NCBI GenBank assembly: GCA_951406725.2
Contig: OX597815.1
Span: 107,012,001 to 107,076,000, forward strand
Reading direction: 5' to 3'
DNA length: 64,000 bases
Origin: Octopus vulgaris
Lineage: Eukaryota
The notes under the pieces were generated by a model that saw nothing but the letters and a program-made list of their open reading frames with translations, was not told the origin of the DNA and did no database searches. This document shows, piece by piece, positions 1-11,960 of this stretch. The position numbers were made by a program, and so were the translations under genes. The stretch's first letter is position 1; the number at the start of each line of letters is the position of its first letter.

Positions 1-602
1 TCAGACAAGGTATATTACATTTTGTATTTACTCTTCATGGGCCGGCGGAGTTGGAATTTATTTTTGCGCATTTCCGCACTATCCATAAAGTAACATTTGT
101 TTAATACATGTGTGAGAGCATGATACAGAACATGAAATTTAGCACCTTAGAGGTATATATTTGTAATTATTAGCGTTTAATGGAGGGGAATTAAAATATA
201 ATTGATTGACTGAAGAAAAACCTTTATTGAAAAAAATCAACATTTTTTTATAGTTTTATAAACTATACGTATATCACTAAATATGAAATAAAACAAAATT
301 ATTTAGTATTTCGATTCATACCAGTACAAATACCAAGAAAATTGACTTATAGTTCATCAAAATATCTGAGAAAAGAACAGAAAAAATAATTTCACACAAG
401 GCCAATGGGTCCAGTTGGACTCCAATCGCCATATTTTACGCTATAACATCCATATGATTGGAAATGTTTAACTAAAAATTTGTATGTGCATACATAAATT
501 TGTGTGTGCATATATAAAAGTCATGAGATTTATCTAAAAATCATTTAGATAAAAAATGTAAAAGTTGCATAACTATACATACATACATAGATACATACAT
601 AT

Positions 603-652
<50 letters not shown>

Positions 653-655
<3 letters not shown>

Positions 656-1173
656 GGTATGTAGAAAAATACAACATGGACAAGAACGTATAACTCTTAG
701 AAGACGATACAATAAACACGGACAGGACATTCGAAACCCTCAGTCTTCAGTCAAGAACCGGATCATCGTAGTAATTTCGGCTGATTAATCTTGAGATTAC
801 TAGATCACGGCCAGCCCTCCAAGAAAAACTAAGCAACGAGCATTAGAAAAACTAAGCTGGAAGCGTAGATTTCCTGGAAGAAGGATCGAATGCATACGAA
901 CACCGGGACAGCAAAAGGGACAGATATAAAAAAACAAAAAACAATAATGGAATACAGAAACATGAAATACAGAAGCATTAACGGTGAAAACAACACGTGT
1001 CTTACGACTGATAACAAGCAAACAAATTTTTTCTCTGGCGCATTGGAAGAAGCCTTTATAGTGGCGGACGAAAAACAACGATGTTAACACGACGAGGGTC
1101 AGGAGCTGAAAGGCAGATTTCGGCCAACAGTCACGTGACAGAGAAGAGGGAAAAGAAAAGAAAGAGAAGCAAA

Positions 1174-1217
<44 letters not shown>

Positions 1218-1480
1218 GAGGGACAAACGCAACAAAGAGAGAGAAGAGAGAGAAAGAAGGAATCAGAGAGGAGAAGGGATGGGTGTCGAAGAATGACCTG
1301 TGAGTGCAGAGCGAGACAAAGAAATAGGAGGGTAGTGGAAGACTAGACCAAAGAATCAGAGGAAAGAGAAGAGAAAAAGAAGATGAGTAGAGAGAAAAGA
1401 GAGAGAGGGTGACAGATCAAGTAAAAATGAGAGAGAGAGAGAGACAAACAGAGAGTCGTACCAATTATTAAGAATATGTG

Positions 1481-1482
<2 letters not shown>
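653..1482 (-). mobile_element. (TA)n-flanked repeat, probable Penelope-like element terminal (pLTR) fragment; same family as 16897-17381
   Basis: About 670-930 aligns by eye with about 16910-17150. Bounded by (TA)n on both sides and contains a hammerhead-like motif on the minus strand. No coding remnant confirms the class. Confidence 0.55.
736..802 (-). ncRNA. Rearranged (non-circularly permuted) hammerhead ribozyme candidate, copy 1
   Basis: Minus strand reads UAGUAAU-C-UCAAGA-uuaauc-AGCC-GAA-AUUACUA-(12 nt)-UCUUGA-CUGA-agacu-GA-GGGU. Stems III (7 bp), I (6 bp) and II plus the core nucleotides are present in non-canonical order. Confidence 0.6.
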
Positions 1483-1520
<38 letters not shown>

Positions 1521-1555
1521 GGTGTTAAACGTAGGTGTTATTCATATTCTTTTTC

Positions 1556-1640
1556 TTCCGACATATGTTTCGAAGATACCATCGGTATTATTCCAAAGGG
1601 ATAAAATGGTGTAAAACAATGTAATCTTCTCTTCAGGGAA
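1556..1640 (-). ncRNA. Type I minimal hammerhead ribozyme in the 3' pLTR
   Basis: Minus strand: UUCC-CUGAAGA-GAAGAU...AUCUUC-GAAA-C-AUAU-G-UC-GGAA. The palindromic minimal helix III is typical of PLE hammerheads. Confidence 0.85.
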
Positions 1641-1934
1641 ATGAAAAAATAAAACTCGTCAATAAGACATTTTAACAGATTATGATGGATATGTATAGTG
1701 ATGAACTGAACGCTATTAAGTTGTTTCTTTTTTAAACCTTAGAGGATATGACTCAAAGGTAGCCTATAGAAAGAGGAGGGGTAAAGGAAAGAAAAAAATC
1801 AGAAACCAAATAAATGAGAAGTATGGAATGATATGTAAATTAAATAAAACCCTTAAGTCTTAGAACAAGATATAGCTAGTGGAAGTGAAATGTAAGAAGA
1901 AAATCAATATTTAAATTATATATAATGGTAGATA

Positions 1935-4500
1935 TCACTTATATGAACTAAAAGTGTGTTTCTGCCAATGTTTACATCGGTAAGCACGCTCTATAACCGT
2001 GTCTACAAGGGGATTTTTAGAAAAAAGAATAAGAAATAGTTCACAATTACAGAGAAGACAGAATTTCTTGCCTTTATCATAAGGGAACGAAATGGAGAGA
2101 ATCAACTAATCTAAATTAAATTGTTTATTATGGTCTTTTAGATACCAAATTAATTTACTAAGCCCTGTACTGTTACGTTTATTCATATCCCTAAATGTAG
2201 AGTAATGATTAGAAATTCTTTTAAATAACTGAGAAGAACTACCTATATAAAAAAGACATCGGTACCTGAAGTATTTTACACTGGTATATAGAGCTTTTAA
2301 TTTTAAAATTACTTCACATAAACTTAATTCTGTTGGAATTGACTTCAGAGACAATAATCTTTTTATTAATATTTCTAGGGGGATGGGTGGTATTTGCTAA
2401 ATTAATGTTAGTATTAGTAAATGTATTCTCATTTAACAGACTAATATTATGTGAGGAGATAATTTGTAAGTGATTTTTTGTGTTGCAAAAACTAATCCTG
2501 ACCGTGTGCGAGTTGATAATAGAGTAATACCTAGAATTCTTTGGAAAATTCCTAATAATAACTTCCCGAAACTGTATAGGAAGATTAGATTTAATTTCCC
2601 TTCCATAAGGAATAATCAACCAAATAGTTTTACTATTAGTTACCTTATTTTTAGTGTAACTATCTTTAAAAGACATCGAATTACCTTTAAAATGAAAAAT
2701 GGGGTTTAAATAAGGCTTATCTCCCTTCCTCTGTTTGGTGTTGGCGTATAAATTAAAATTGATATCGTTTATATCCTTACAACTAGATTTCATGTCGCCA
2801 TTAGCAAAGGTAGAATAAGATTGAATGGAATTAATGTAGGTAACTGTATCTGTATAACCTGCTTTAAGTAAGGCAGAGTTATAAAATTCAGTCTTATCAC
2901 TGAAAATGTCAACATTAGCAGACTTAGACAATCTAAATGAAATATTCTTAACTAAGCTCCTAGTGTTTGCCCTAGAATGATTACTGAATTGGCTAATATA
3001 CTTAAGATTGGTCGATGGTTTGTGGTATGAGAAGTATGAATTATTGTGTAAGTTAAGTGTAATATCTAAAAAGTTGGCCTTCGTTACATCATCATCAAAA
3101 ACGATGCCTAAGCCCATTCGACGGAAAAACTTAACTAAACTATTCTTAACCTTTTGTACTTTTTGGTTAGAAACATTTTGAAGGTAAAGTAAACAATCAT
3201 CACAATATAGACCTCCATTGATGCTTGGTAACTGGTCTGCCATTTCATAAAGTATATATATACAGACTAAATCAGCTACTTGTGCTGAATCAGAACTTCC
3301 CATCGTAACATGAAAACCATCGGGTGTGTCTTTACGGACCCACATCTTATTGTCAAACTTTATGATAGATTTTCTGGCGGCCAACACAACATTAATTTCT
3401 TCCCTGGTGAGACCAGCTTTGTTATGAGCAAGCCAAAGTACCTTATTAATTACTATTGGGTTGATGGGGGAATAAAAATTAGAAATGTTAAACTGGATAA
3501 ACTTAGTGCTCCTCTTATTAGAAATTGAACTAAACGACTTGGAATGAATTAGACCATAAACTAAGCTTTAATTTTTTAACTAAGGTAGGAATATATTTAT
3601 CTAGAATATTTTTACTAAGTACACCGATGTCAGAGTTAGAAGGACAGAGTTAGAAGTCTTAAGGATGAGTTATTAAAAAAGTTTTGTTTATGATCTTACA
3701 AAATAAAACGAGGTTGCTTAGGATCAAGTGGTTCTGTCTTCATCTGTTAGTTATACCTCTCCATAATTTTCTTATTTCTTTTCTGCCCACAAGGGGTTAC
3801 ACACATAGGGGACAAACAAGGACAGACAAATGGATTAAGTCGATTATATCGACCCCAGTGCGTAACTGGTACTTATTTAATCGACCCTGAAAGGATGAAG
3901 GGCAAAGTCGACCTCGGCGGAATTTGAACTCAGAACGTAGCGGCAGACGAAATACCGATAAGCATTTCACCCGGCGTGCTAACGTTTCTGCCAGCTCGCC
4001 GCATAATTTTCTTAGCCTCAAGGTTGGCTTTCCTGAGTACACTTTTACCGGCAATCCTATAGTTTTTTTAATTTCTTTTTTAACCAGTTCCAAGTAATAG
4101 TCCTTGTTAAGTTTGTACAGGTTTCCCTTTTTATCTGATTGAACCAGCATACTATCCATGGTATTAATTTCCTTGGTGATATTGTGAAGATACCTCAGAT
4201 GTTTATTCCTTAGCGGTGATCGGCAAAATTTTACATTTCACACAATAGACCATCTTCAAACTGTTTCAATCTTGGGTTAGGCGGAGGGTTAGTTTTAGAT
4301 TTAAATAATTTGTTAAATTCAGAGGTTATATCATTAGTGGGCTGTTGAATGTCCTTGTTGTCGGAGAAAAAGGTGAGCCATCTGATACGGTTGATAAAGG
4401 AATTTGTCTTATTAACAAGTTGCTTAAGGAAACCAGTCTTTGGGGGAATGGGTATATCCTTAAGAGATGCGTTTATATTAAATAACTCCGTATGTGGCAA
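1935..4500 (-). pseudogene. Disrupted PLE polyprotein (reverse transcriptase plus C-terminal GIY-YIG endonuclease)
   Basis: Fragments: SLKDIPIPPK..FINRIRW; QSDKKGNLY; FHVTMGSSDSAQVADLV; GGLYCDDCL; NFLDITLNL; FYIGSSSQLFKRISNHYSTF; CLLCNCE..RCKHWQKH. Interrupted by frameshifts, stops and a SINE. Confidence 0.9.
3775..4001 (-). mobile_element. tRNA-derived SINE (octopus OK/OR-type family) inserted in the PLE
   Basis: Minus strand begins GGCGAGCTGGCAGAAACGTTAGC and has a B-box-like GAGTTCAAATTCC. 13-bp TSD CATAATTTTCTTA at 3762-3774 and 4002-4014. Confidence 0.9.
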
Positions 4501-4757
4501 CTATTTTATTAGCAGATTATATGGAAACCTGGTTGAAGTATATATAAATAGATGTGTGTATTTTTCCCTTCTTTAGAATTAACACGGAAAAAATAGATAA
4601 ACAGTTACCAGGGTTGCAAAAAATCACACAAGTAAAAAAGGCGTAACACCTTGTTTTTAAAGGTAGAAACTCCGGGTTTATGTGAAATATTTTGTATAAT
4701 ATAAATAAATAAATAAATAAATGGAGTTAAACGCAGGTGTTATTCAAATTCTTTTAC

Positions 4758-4829
4758 TTCCGACACATGTTTCGAAGATATCCAAAGGAATAAAATGGTG
4801 TAAAACAATGTAATCTTCTCTTCAGGGAA
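4758..4829 (-). ncRNA. Type I minimal hammerhead ribozyme in the 5' pLTR
   Basis: Minus strand: UUCC-CUGAAGA-GAAGAU...AUCUUC-GAAA-C-AUGU-G-UC-GGAA. Confidence 0.85.
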
Positions 4830-4943
4830 ATGAAGAAATAAAACTCGTCAATAAGACATTTTAACAGAATATGATGGATATGTATAGTGATGAACTGAAC
4901 GCCATTAATTTATTTTTAAAACAAACGTTATAGGATATAACAG

Positions 4944-5022
4944 TTGCCCAAGATACCACGCAGTGGGACCGATCTCGGAACCATGTGGTTAGGTAGCAAG
5001 CTTCTTACCATACAACCACGCA
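4944..5022 (-). mobile_element. SINE tRNA-like head fragment
   Basis: Similar to 11640-11720 (ttgcccaag...ggaaccatgtggtt...aagcttcttacca). Confidence 0.6.
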
Positions 5023-5026
5023 TGTT

Positions 5027-5092
<66 letters not shown>

Positions 5093-5184
5093 AAATATAT
5101 GTATATATATATCACGTGATCACGTGACCGACCAGACCATCAGATGCTGTTACACATTGCTGGTCACAATGCGTTCGCATTGTT

Positions 5185-5277
<93 letters not shown>

Positions 5278-5280
<3 letters not shown>

Positions 5281-6444
5281 AGTATGTGAATGAATTATCC
5301 TAGTATTGATAATTCGGTTAATCGATACCTGGGTAGCAAATTCACGTCAGAAAACACGGTTGAAGCTACATGCCAAGGGTAGAAACCCCGTGTTCTTGTG
5401 TGGTAATTCGTGTATTATTTAAAATGAATAAAAGAATGGAGTCGAACGAAGATTTTAACACAATTCCTTTACTTTCAACACATGTTTCGAAGACTGCATA
5501 TTCTTAATTCCGAAGGAATAAAGTGTGCATTATGCCGTCTTCTCATCAGGAAAGACAAGGAAAATCAATCAGCCTCAAGACGGACAAAAACTTTTCTATG
5601 GCTTGCTACATAATGTTCACAGTGATAATGAGTGTTTTAAAAAACCGTTAAAAGCAATGACGTCAAAATTGTTTGGAAGGGGAATTTATGAAAATAAGAA
5701 GGGGACAGTATGCATACTGTATGTATGTGGATGCGGGGGTGTTTGCTCTGGTTAATTAGTTTTATTGCTTATGTGTGTGTATGAGTGTGTGTATATAACT
5801 GCATTTATGTATATGTATGTATATGTGTGTAATTATGTATGTGTTGGGGACGGTTGTCAAATAAATATAGTAGTAAAGCGAGAAATTTGTGTCTGTGTGT
5901 TTGATTGAGCGTATGACAGAGACAGATAGGGAGAAAGAGAGAGGGAGAGGTAGAGAGGAAGAGATAAACATACGCCAGTGACATATAGTATCATTGTTTT
6001 ATGTAACGGAGTAGACATAAAAGGGACGTGAAATTAAATACTAAATCAGGGAAACTATCAATATCATTTATCATTTATATGAATGGAAAGTGTGTTTTTG
6101 CCAGTGCATACACTTATAGGATTTTTCTGTTAATGTGTTAACCAAAGGGAACTTGGTGAAAATGATATGGAAGAGCTCGGAAATACAAATTCCGCAAAAT
6201 TTCCTGCCCTTATCAAAAGGAAAGGATACAGACAATATGGACCAATCCAGTTTAAAAGTTATATTATTATCCTTAAGACGCCAAACTAATTTACTTAGTC
6301 CTGTACTCTGTTGTTTTCTCTTATCTCGGAACGTTGAATAATGATTGGAAATTCTCTGTGATAATTTGGAACTTCCAAACATGTGTTGAAAGTAAAGGAA
6401 TTGTGTTAAAATCTTCGTTCGACTCCATTCTTTTATTCATTTTA
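5278..6444 (-). mobile_element. 5'-truncated Penelope-like element with an inverted copy of its 3' terminus
   Basis: GIY-YIG C-terminus 6071-6376 (SQRISNHYSTF..CGICISE..CMHWQKHTF), paralogous to the 1935-2250 domain. 68-bp inverted repeat 5420-5487 / 6377-6444. (TA)n flanks. Confidence 0.9.
5472..5554 (-). ncRNA. Type I minimal hammerhead ribozyme
   Basis: Minus strand: CUUUC-CUGAUGA-GAAGAC...GUCUUC-GAAA-C-AUGU-G-UU-GAAAG. Confidence 0.85.
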
Positions 6445-6633
6445 TATATATATATATATATCAACTAAAGGCGCACGAAGCACTGATTGAAATATATGTA
6501 GTATAAGTAACATCTTCGTGTACAATAGGACAGGGAAAGACCTTCACTACGGAGATTTTCTCCGGGAGAGAAGTTCAATGTGTGCGAAAGCACATTATTG
6601 GGCTATGAATGACGTCACCGGAAGATAGAACAC

Positions 6634-6681
<48 letters not shown>

Positions 6682-7271
6682 CGTTTTTTTTTTTTTGGGG
6701 GGGGGAGAGGGGGCGGGATGAAATTTCCTGCGGACCATGTTTGCAATCCAATTACGATTCTGCTTAACTATTTTGCCTTAATTTGCTGATACTAACCTTT
6801 CTTCAATCTCTTGGGTGAAAACAGTCACCTGGATACCCCAGAGAATGAAATGTTAAGCAATTTTCTTACAGTATAGTGATTGTGATAAACACTTATTGCT
6901 ATCCAAATAAGATAATTAGCTTGTATGTTTATTCACTGTCACGCTAATGAGACCGCGTTAATGTAGGAGGTTGTCAAACGTCAAATAGTGAATAGATTTA
7001 AGTTGAGAGAAATGATGAGATGTCTATCACATTGCTCTAACATTATATTTTCAATTTAGTTCTAATACTGCATATTACTTATTACTATACAGCTAGTCAC
7101 CTGGATACCGGTACGCGCAGGATGGTATGTATCATTGCTACTTCAGATGAGGAGCCATTATAGTAGCAACAGATGAGAGATAGAAACCGTGAGCCCCTAA
7201 CTGTAGTGTGTGTAGAATGTTGATGAGTCAATCTTTACCAACTAGACAAAGGACCTTTCGAATGTGATCTA

Positions 7272-8879
7272 CTGGGTTGGCAACTAAATTGCCGCCGTTT
7301 TTTAAAAGGTTTAATAAAAAATACCAACTAATTCATCAATAAGTTATTCACCCTTGTTGTTTACAACTTCTTCCCAACGTTCAACAAGATTTTTAATACC
7401 TCGTTGGTAGAAATCACCCGATTTCGACTCGAAAAATTGATCCAACCAAGCTCTGAATTCTGCATCAGTATTGAACGAAACTCTCCGCATAGCATTTGAA
7501 GGAGATCGAAAGAGGTGAAAATCCGTTGGTGCTAAATCAGGAGAGTACGGTGGGTGTGGCAGCACTTCTCAATCATGTGTTTGAATGGCTTCCTTGGTCA
7601 TATTGGCGATATGAGGGCGGGCGTTGTCGTGCAGCAGAAGAACTCCATGCTGCCGATTAGGTTATTATATAAAATTGTTCCTTCTCGAGCCACGCCTGGC
7701 TCATAAGAGCCGGTTTCCCGGTTTCCTTGGCGTATAGGTTCCCCACCTGGACGGGACGCCGGTCCGTCGCAGGTGAGCTGCAAATGCAGGAGGAAAGAGT
7801 GAGAGAAAGTTGTGGCGAAAGAGTCAGCAGAAGTTCGCCATTACCTTTTGCCGGAGCCGCGTGGAGCTTAGGTATTTCGCTCATAAACACACACATCACC
7901 CGGTCTGAGATCCGAACCCGCGATCCCTCGACCGCGAGTCCGCTGCTCTAACCACTAGGCCATGTGCCTCCACTGCCGATTAGGTCCTTTTCTCTTGAAT
8001 AGCCGTGTTGAGTCGTTCCATCTGTTGAACATGGAGTTCCACGTTGACCGCTTGGTTCCGTTCATGCAATTCGTAATGGATAATCTCTTCCCAGTCCCAC
8101 AATACGCACAACATCGTTTTACGCGGATGAAGATCTTATTTCACGCGCTGTGTCGCTTGTTTACTGGGGCTAAGCCATTCCTTACGCTGCTTCATAATGA
8201 TGTACAGGCACCATTTTTCGTTGCCAGTAACGATTCGGTAAAGAAATCGTTGACTGTGTCCAAGAGTTGAGAGGTGACGAACAAGCAGACCAGCGGAGAT
8301 TGTTGCTCGTTGATTTTTGTTGTTGTCACTTAAAGCATGTGGAACCCATGCTCCATAATCCTGAACCTTTCCCAAGGAGTGAAGATACTTCTCTATAGCA
8401 GTGTGGGAGCATTCCCTTTTCTCTGCCAGTTCCCTTGTCGTTTGACGAGAATTTTCGTGCAAAAGTTAGTTTACTTGTTCTTCATCGAACTCAACTGGAC
8501 GGCCAGACCGAGGTGCGCCTTTGAGGTTAAACTTTCCATTTTTTAACTTGGCATACCAATCACGAGTGGTTCTTTCAGCTATGGCACCCTCTCCATACAT
8601 AGCACAAATGTTGCGAGCAGCTTTTGCGGCCTTAGAACCTTGATTAAAAGCAAAAAGAAGGAGGTGTCGAAAATGGCTCATTTTTCTTAACTTGACTTTC
8701 CCTTTTAGTGATCTGAAAATAAACAAAAATTAACTAAAATTAACTAGAAAAAAAAAGCAAAATAGATTCCAAAATGATTCAAAAATGGAATTCTCGAAAA
8801 AAAAAATAGATTCCAAAATTTAAAGGCGCAATAAATTCCAAGATTTAAAAAAAACGGCGGAACTTAGTTGCCAACCCAA
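7272..8879 (-). mobile_element. Full-length but decayed mariner DNA transposon (mellifera-like TIRs)
   Basis: TIRs (C/T)TGGGTTGGCAACTAA...GCCGTTTTTT at both ends with TA flanks. Transposase fragments 7344-8681 contain PRSGRP, WVPHAL, IVTGNEKW and YSPDLAPTD, with stops and frameshifts. Confidence 0.95.
7663..7972 (-). mobile_element. tRNA-derived SINE inserted in the mariner transposase
   Basis: Head TGGCCTAGTGGTTAG...GGTTCGGATC (A/B boxes). Central CCTGCGACGGACCGGCGTCCCGTCCAGG resembles V/Meta-type SINE cores. 13-bp TSD CTGCCGATTAGGT at 7650-7662 and 7973-7985. Confidence 0.9.
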
Positions 8880-9349
8880 TAAATCTGTGTAACAGAAGCA
8901 GCTGTAGCACTCGACGATGGCGGCGACGACGACTACCACCACCACCACCACCAGAGAGAGAGAAAGAAAGAGAGAAATAGAGGAAGGTAGTGTGTGCGTA
9001 AATGCATACTTGCAAAGTGTACAAAAACCAATGTGTACAATACAAGATGACATTACTCTGGGTTTTCTTTTATGCAGATGCCAAATCGAAATGAAAATGA
9101 TCTTCCGATTGCTTTACCAAAAGCTTTTAATTAAAACTGTTTTCCCAACAAGGCTAAAAATGTTTGAAAGTTTCGAGTATTATAACTCATCAAATGCATA
9201 ATGCTTTAATAATTCATGTTTCGTCTATATTCTCACGTCTATATTCATCACTCTTCTGCCAAGGTGACTCTGTAAGCAGTGCTCCACGTTTGCTCTCTCT
9301 CTCTCTCTCTCAATACCCAACTTTCACATTGCACACACGCGATAAAAAC

Positions 9350-9540
9350 TCATTTTAAATAGTCGTTCGACCTGTTAGAAATAACAACCAAATCTCTCAT
9401 AAATCACACTCTACCGTCTTAAAACGGGAAGAACATTTAGGACAATGCAGTTCCAGATATAATATCTGACAATAAGACATTTTCATGGCTAGAATGACGT
9501 TTTGATCAAAGGTCTGCTCATTTAGGGTTGCCCTGAGGCA
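9350..9540. repeat. Unclassified interspersed repeat; related inverted copy near 29430-29600
   Basis: gttagaaataacaaccaaatct here matches the reverse complement of agatttgacagttatttctaac near 29552. Confidence 0.4.
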
Positions 9541-9779
9541 TTATTTCGTTTGCCTCGCTCATCACCACGTACACGTACATACCTGTTACGAAAGCAACTC
9601 CACTTGCTTCAAACTTACTTGGCCACCAGCTCTCACACTGTCTTTCTTATTGATAATATTGTTTCTAAGTTAAGACTAGGAGAAGCAATATTCATCATTT
9701 CAGTCCTTTATAGGATACGAGAAATGGACGGGAATCTGGGGTAAGACTATTCCAATGGTGATATACAACTAACTAATTC

Positions 9780-10330
9780 AGAAGAGCAGAAGCAATCGTA
9801 GAAGTAGTAGAATATCCGTCGTTTGGCTGTTGTAGGATAGTTTTTCTCAGCCCGGGGGTGCCTACATCATCTGAGGTTGGTTGCTAGTCGGGATTTCAGA
9901 GAGTGCGACAAAAAATGGAAAGAACAGATTTTATTGAAACCGCTTTTCAGAATATAATTACTGCAAATCCAGGTGTCATCGCTAGCAACGCGAAGAGAAA
10001 AATCAATAAAAGTAGGGGCCTGGCCGGCCGCTATCAGTTTGCGTTAGTCGCCGTCGAGATGTCAGGTATTCTATGGACCTCATACTACCGATTTCCTCCA
10101 CAAAATAGGGATGACGGCGGCCATTGAAGAAATGAGCCCCGCAAGATGGAGTGACTGCTGCAGTGGCATTCTCCGTGGCAACGCCATTGCGGCCATTACC
10201 ACGGGACGCGGCTAAGCACATAATTTGTTCTGGGGTAGGTGACTCGTGGCTCTCTCCCCCTCCATCTTCTGCAGCGTTACCACCTCCTTTTTTCTTTTCT
10301 ATCGCTTCATTTTTCATCTCTTTTTTCCTT
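9780..10330 (-). mobile_element. Possible heavily decayed LINE ORF1 remnant (Tx1/L1-like)
   Basis: GC/CpG-rich patch. Frameshifted peptides IPILWRKSVV/VHRIP and a degenerate knuckle (CRHP..KNYP) weakly parallel the ORF1 at 27900-28860. Confidence 0.25.
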
Positions 10331-10522
10331 CTATTTCTTTGTATTTAAAAGTTATTAAATAAAAGAATTTTTAATTTGTGGAAGCAAAGAAAAAAATTAT
10401 TAACTCTTAACGACAACGTTATTCCTTCAAGCACTTCAAAGACTTTGCTATTCAACATTTCAACGTATGTAGATTTAACCTTTTGATGTTCACAATTATG
10501 ACTGATTTCACTGATTACAATA

Positions 10523-10962
10523 TCTCTCTCTATATAAACGGCAGTTTGTCTGTCTGTGTATCTGTGTGTCTGTCAGGTTGTACCCTCACCCTGACCACGG
10601 CTTTCAACCGATTCTGATGAAACTTGACACACACATAGCCCAATGTCATAATTCAAAACTAACGCAGTGAAAATTTTGAAAAGTTCCCCCAGTTCTGAAA
10701 AAAATCGATAAATTCGACATGGGGTCGAGAATCTAAGCTTTTTATATGCAACACATTTTCTGTCTAGGGGACACAACTCGACCTTTTTATCGCCCAAAGG
10801 GACAGCTAGGAACATCGTATACACAGAAGTATTCGAGTGAAGAGAAGACATTGCAACCTACACATGCGCCTTCGTTCCCTAGAAGGAAAGGACTAGATTG
10901 GGATTAGTCGTTGCCTACTAGGGGCTCTTACATACCCGGGCAACGCCGGACTGTGCTGCTAG
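10523..10962 (+). mobile_element. Non-autonomous Helitron
   Basis: Starts A|TC...TATATAAA with (TCTG)n. Ends with hairpin CCGGGCAACGCCGG then CTAG|T. Inserted in an A/T target with no TSD. Confidence 0.85.
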
Positions 10963-11063
10963 TTTTATATAATCGCTTAATTTACATTTTGTCTACTGAG
11001 TCATTTTGTAGTTAACTTTGAGTCATCTAGAGTATTAGATGTGGTTTGATTAAAATAAACAAA

Positions 11064-11102
<39 letters not shown>

Positions 11103-11157
11103 ATTAGTTGTTTGAAAATTGACATTTTCACCTACAAACACAATGTTTCAAGCCTTG

Positions 11158-11523
11158 TCTTTTACTTGTTTCAGTTATTAGTCTGTGACCATGCTTGGAC
11201 ACCACTTTGAAGAATTTTAGCCGAATGAATCGATCTCAGTACATATTTCTTTAAAGCCTACTACTTATTCAATAGGTCTCTTTTGCCGAATTGCTAAGCT
11301 ACAGAAATAAACACACCACTGTCAAATGGTGGGAACAGTCAAACACAAATATAGACACATTCGCACTCACACGCGCGCGTGTATGTATGTATGTATGTAT
11401 GTATGTATGTATGTATGTATGTATGTATGTATGTATGTATGTATGTATGTATGTATGTGTGCATGTATGTATGTATGTATGTATGTATACACACACATAT
11501 ATACACACACACACACACACACA

Positions 11524-11559
<36 letters not shown>

Positions 11560-11722
11560 TGTATGTATGTATGTATGTATGTACGACTGGCTTCCTTCAG
11601 TTTCCGTCAACCAAATCCAGTCACAATGTTTTGGAAGGCACTTGCCCAAGGTGCCATGCAGTGGGATTGAACCCGGAACCATGTGGTTGCGAAGCAAACT
11701 TTTTATCATACAACCACTCCTG
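11158..11722 (-). mobile_element. tRNA-derived SINE with an expanded internal (TATG)n/(CA)n microsatellite
   Basis: tRNA-like head at 11640-11722 (GGTTCAATCCC B box). The 3' part tcttttacttgtttcag matches the 27050-27270 copy in the opposite orientation. Confidence 0.75.
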
Positions 11723-11749
11723 TAGAGAGTACAAACGTGAATTGAACAT

Positions 11750-11960
11750 TTCTGGGGGGTGGGGCATAGAAAAGATTGGAAAGCACTGGTCCAGGATGTT
11801 TGCTTGCATGTGTCATGGTCGGCTGTGTACCAGAGGTGTAAGCATTAGTCCTACGTAGGTCGGACATGGGTTTTGTTAACAGTGAGCAGCTGATTCCTGC
11901 TGAAGTATTTTTTGCAACTAGAGAGGAAGAACACTCTTTGGGCATTTAATTGTGAAATAC
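11750..11960 (-). mobile_element. CR1/L2-group LINE RT C-terminal remnant
   Basis: Minus-strand peptide KKYFSRNQLLTVNKTHVRPT*D*CLHLW resembles the LY.....RP.LEYC...W motif. Confidence 0.5.

Larger units (their letters stand above)
1517..4940 (-). mobile_element. Near full-length Penelope-like retroelement (probably Naiad-type) with direct pLTR repeats
   Basis: Direct repeats at about 1517-1750 and 4719-4940, each with a hammerhead, enclose a broken RT plus GIY-YIG ORF. The left end lies in (TA)n. Confidence 0.9.

Noticed and set aside
736-750. Reading the CUGAAGA here and at 16978-16984 as an ordinary type I hammerhead with a downstream GAA
   Set aside because: Downstream is GAAUG, not GAAA, with no stem II or III; the complementary strands all lie upstream, which favours the permuted model.
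1935-2354. Selenocysteine recoding as described for some Naiad PLEs
   Set aside because: The conserved Cys codons I could read in the GIY-YIG C-termini here, at 6071-6210 and at 16620-16640 are TGT/TGC; the stops present look like decay. No SECIS was recognised.
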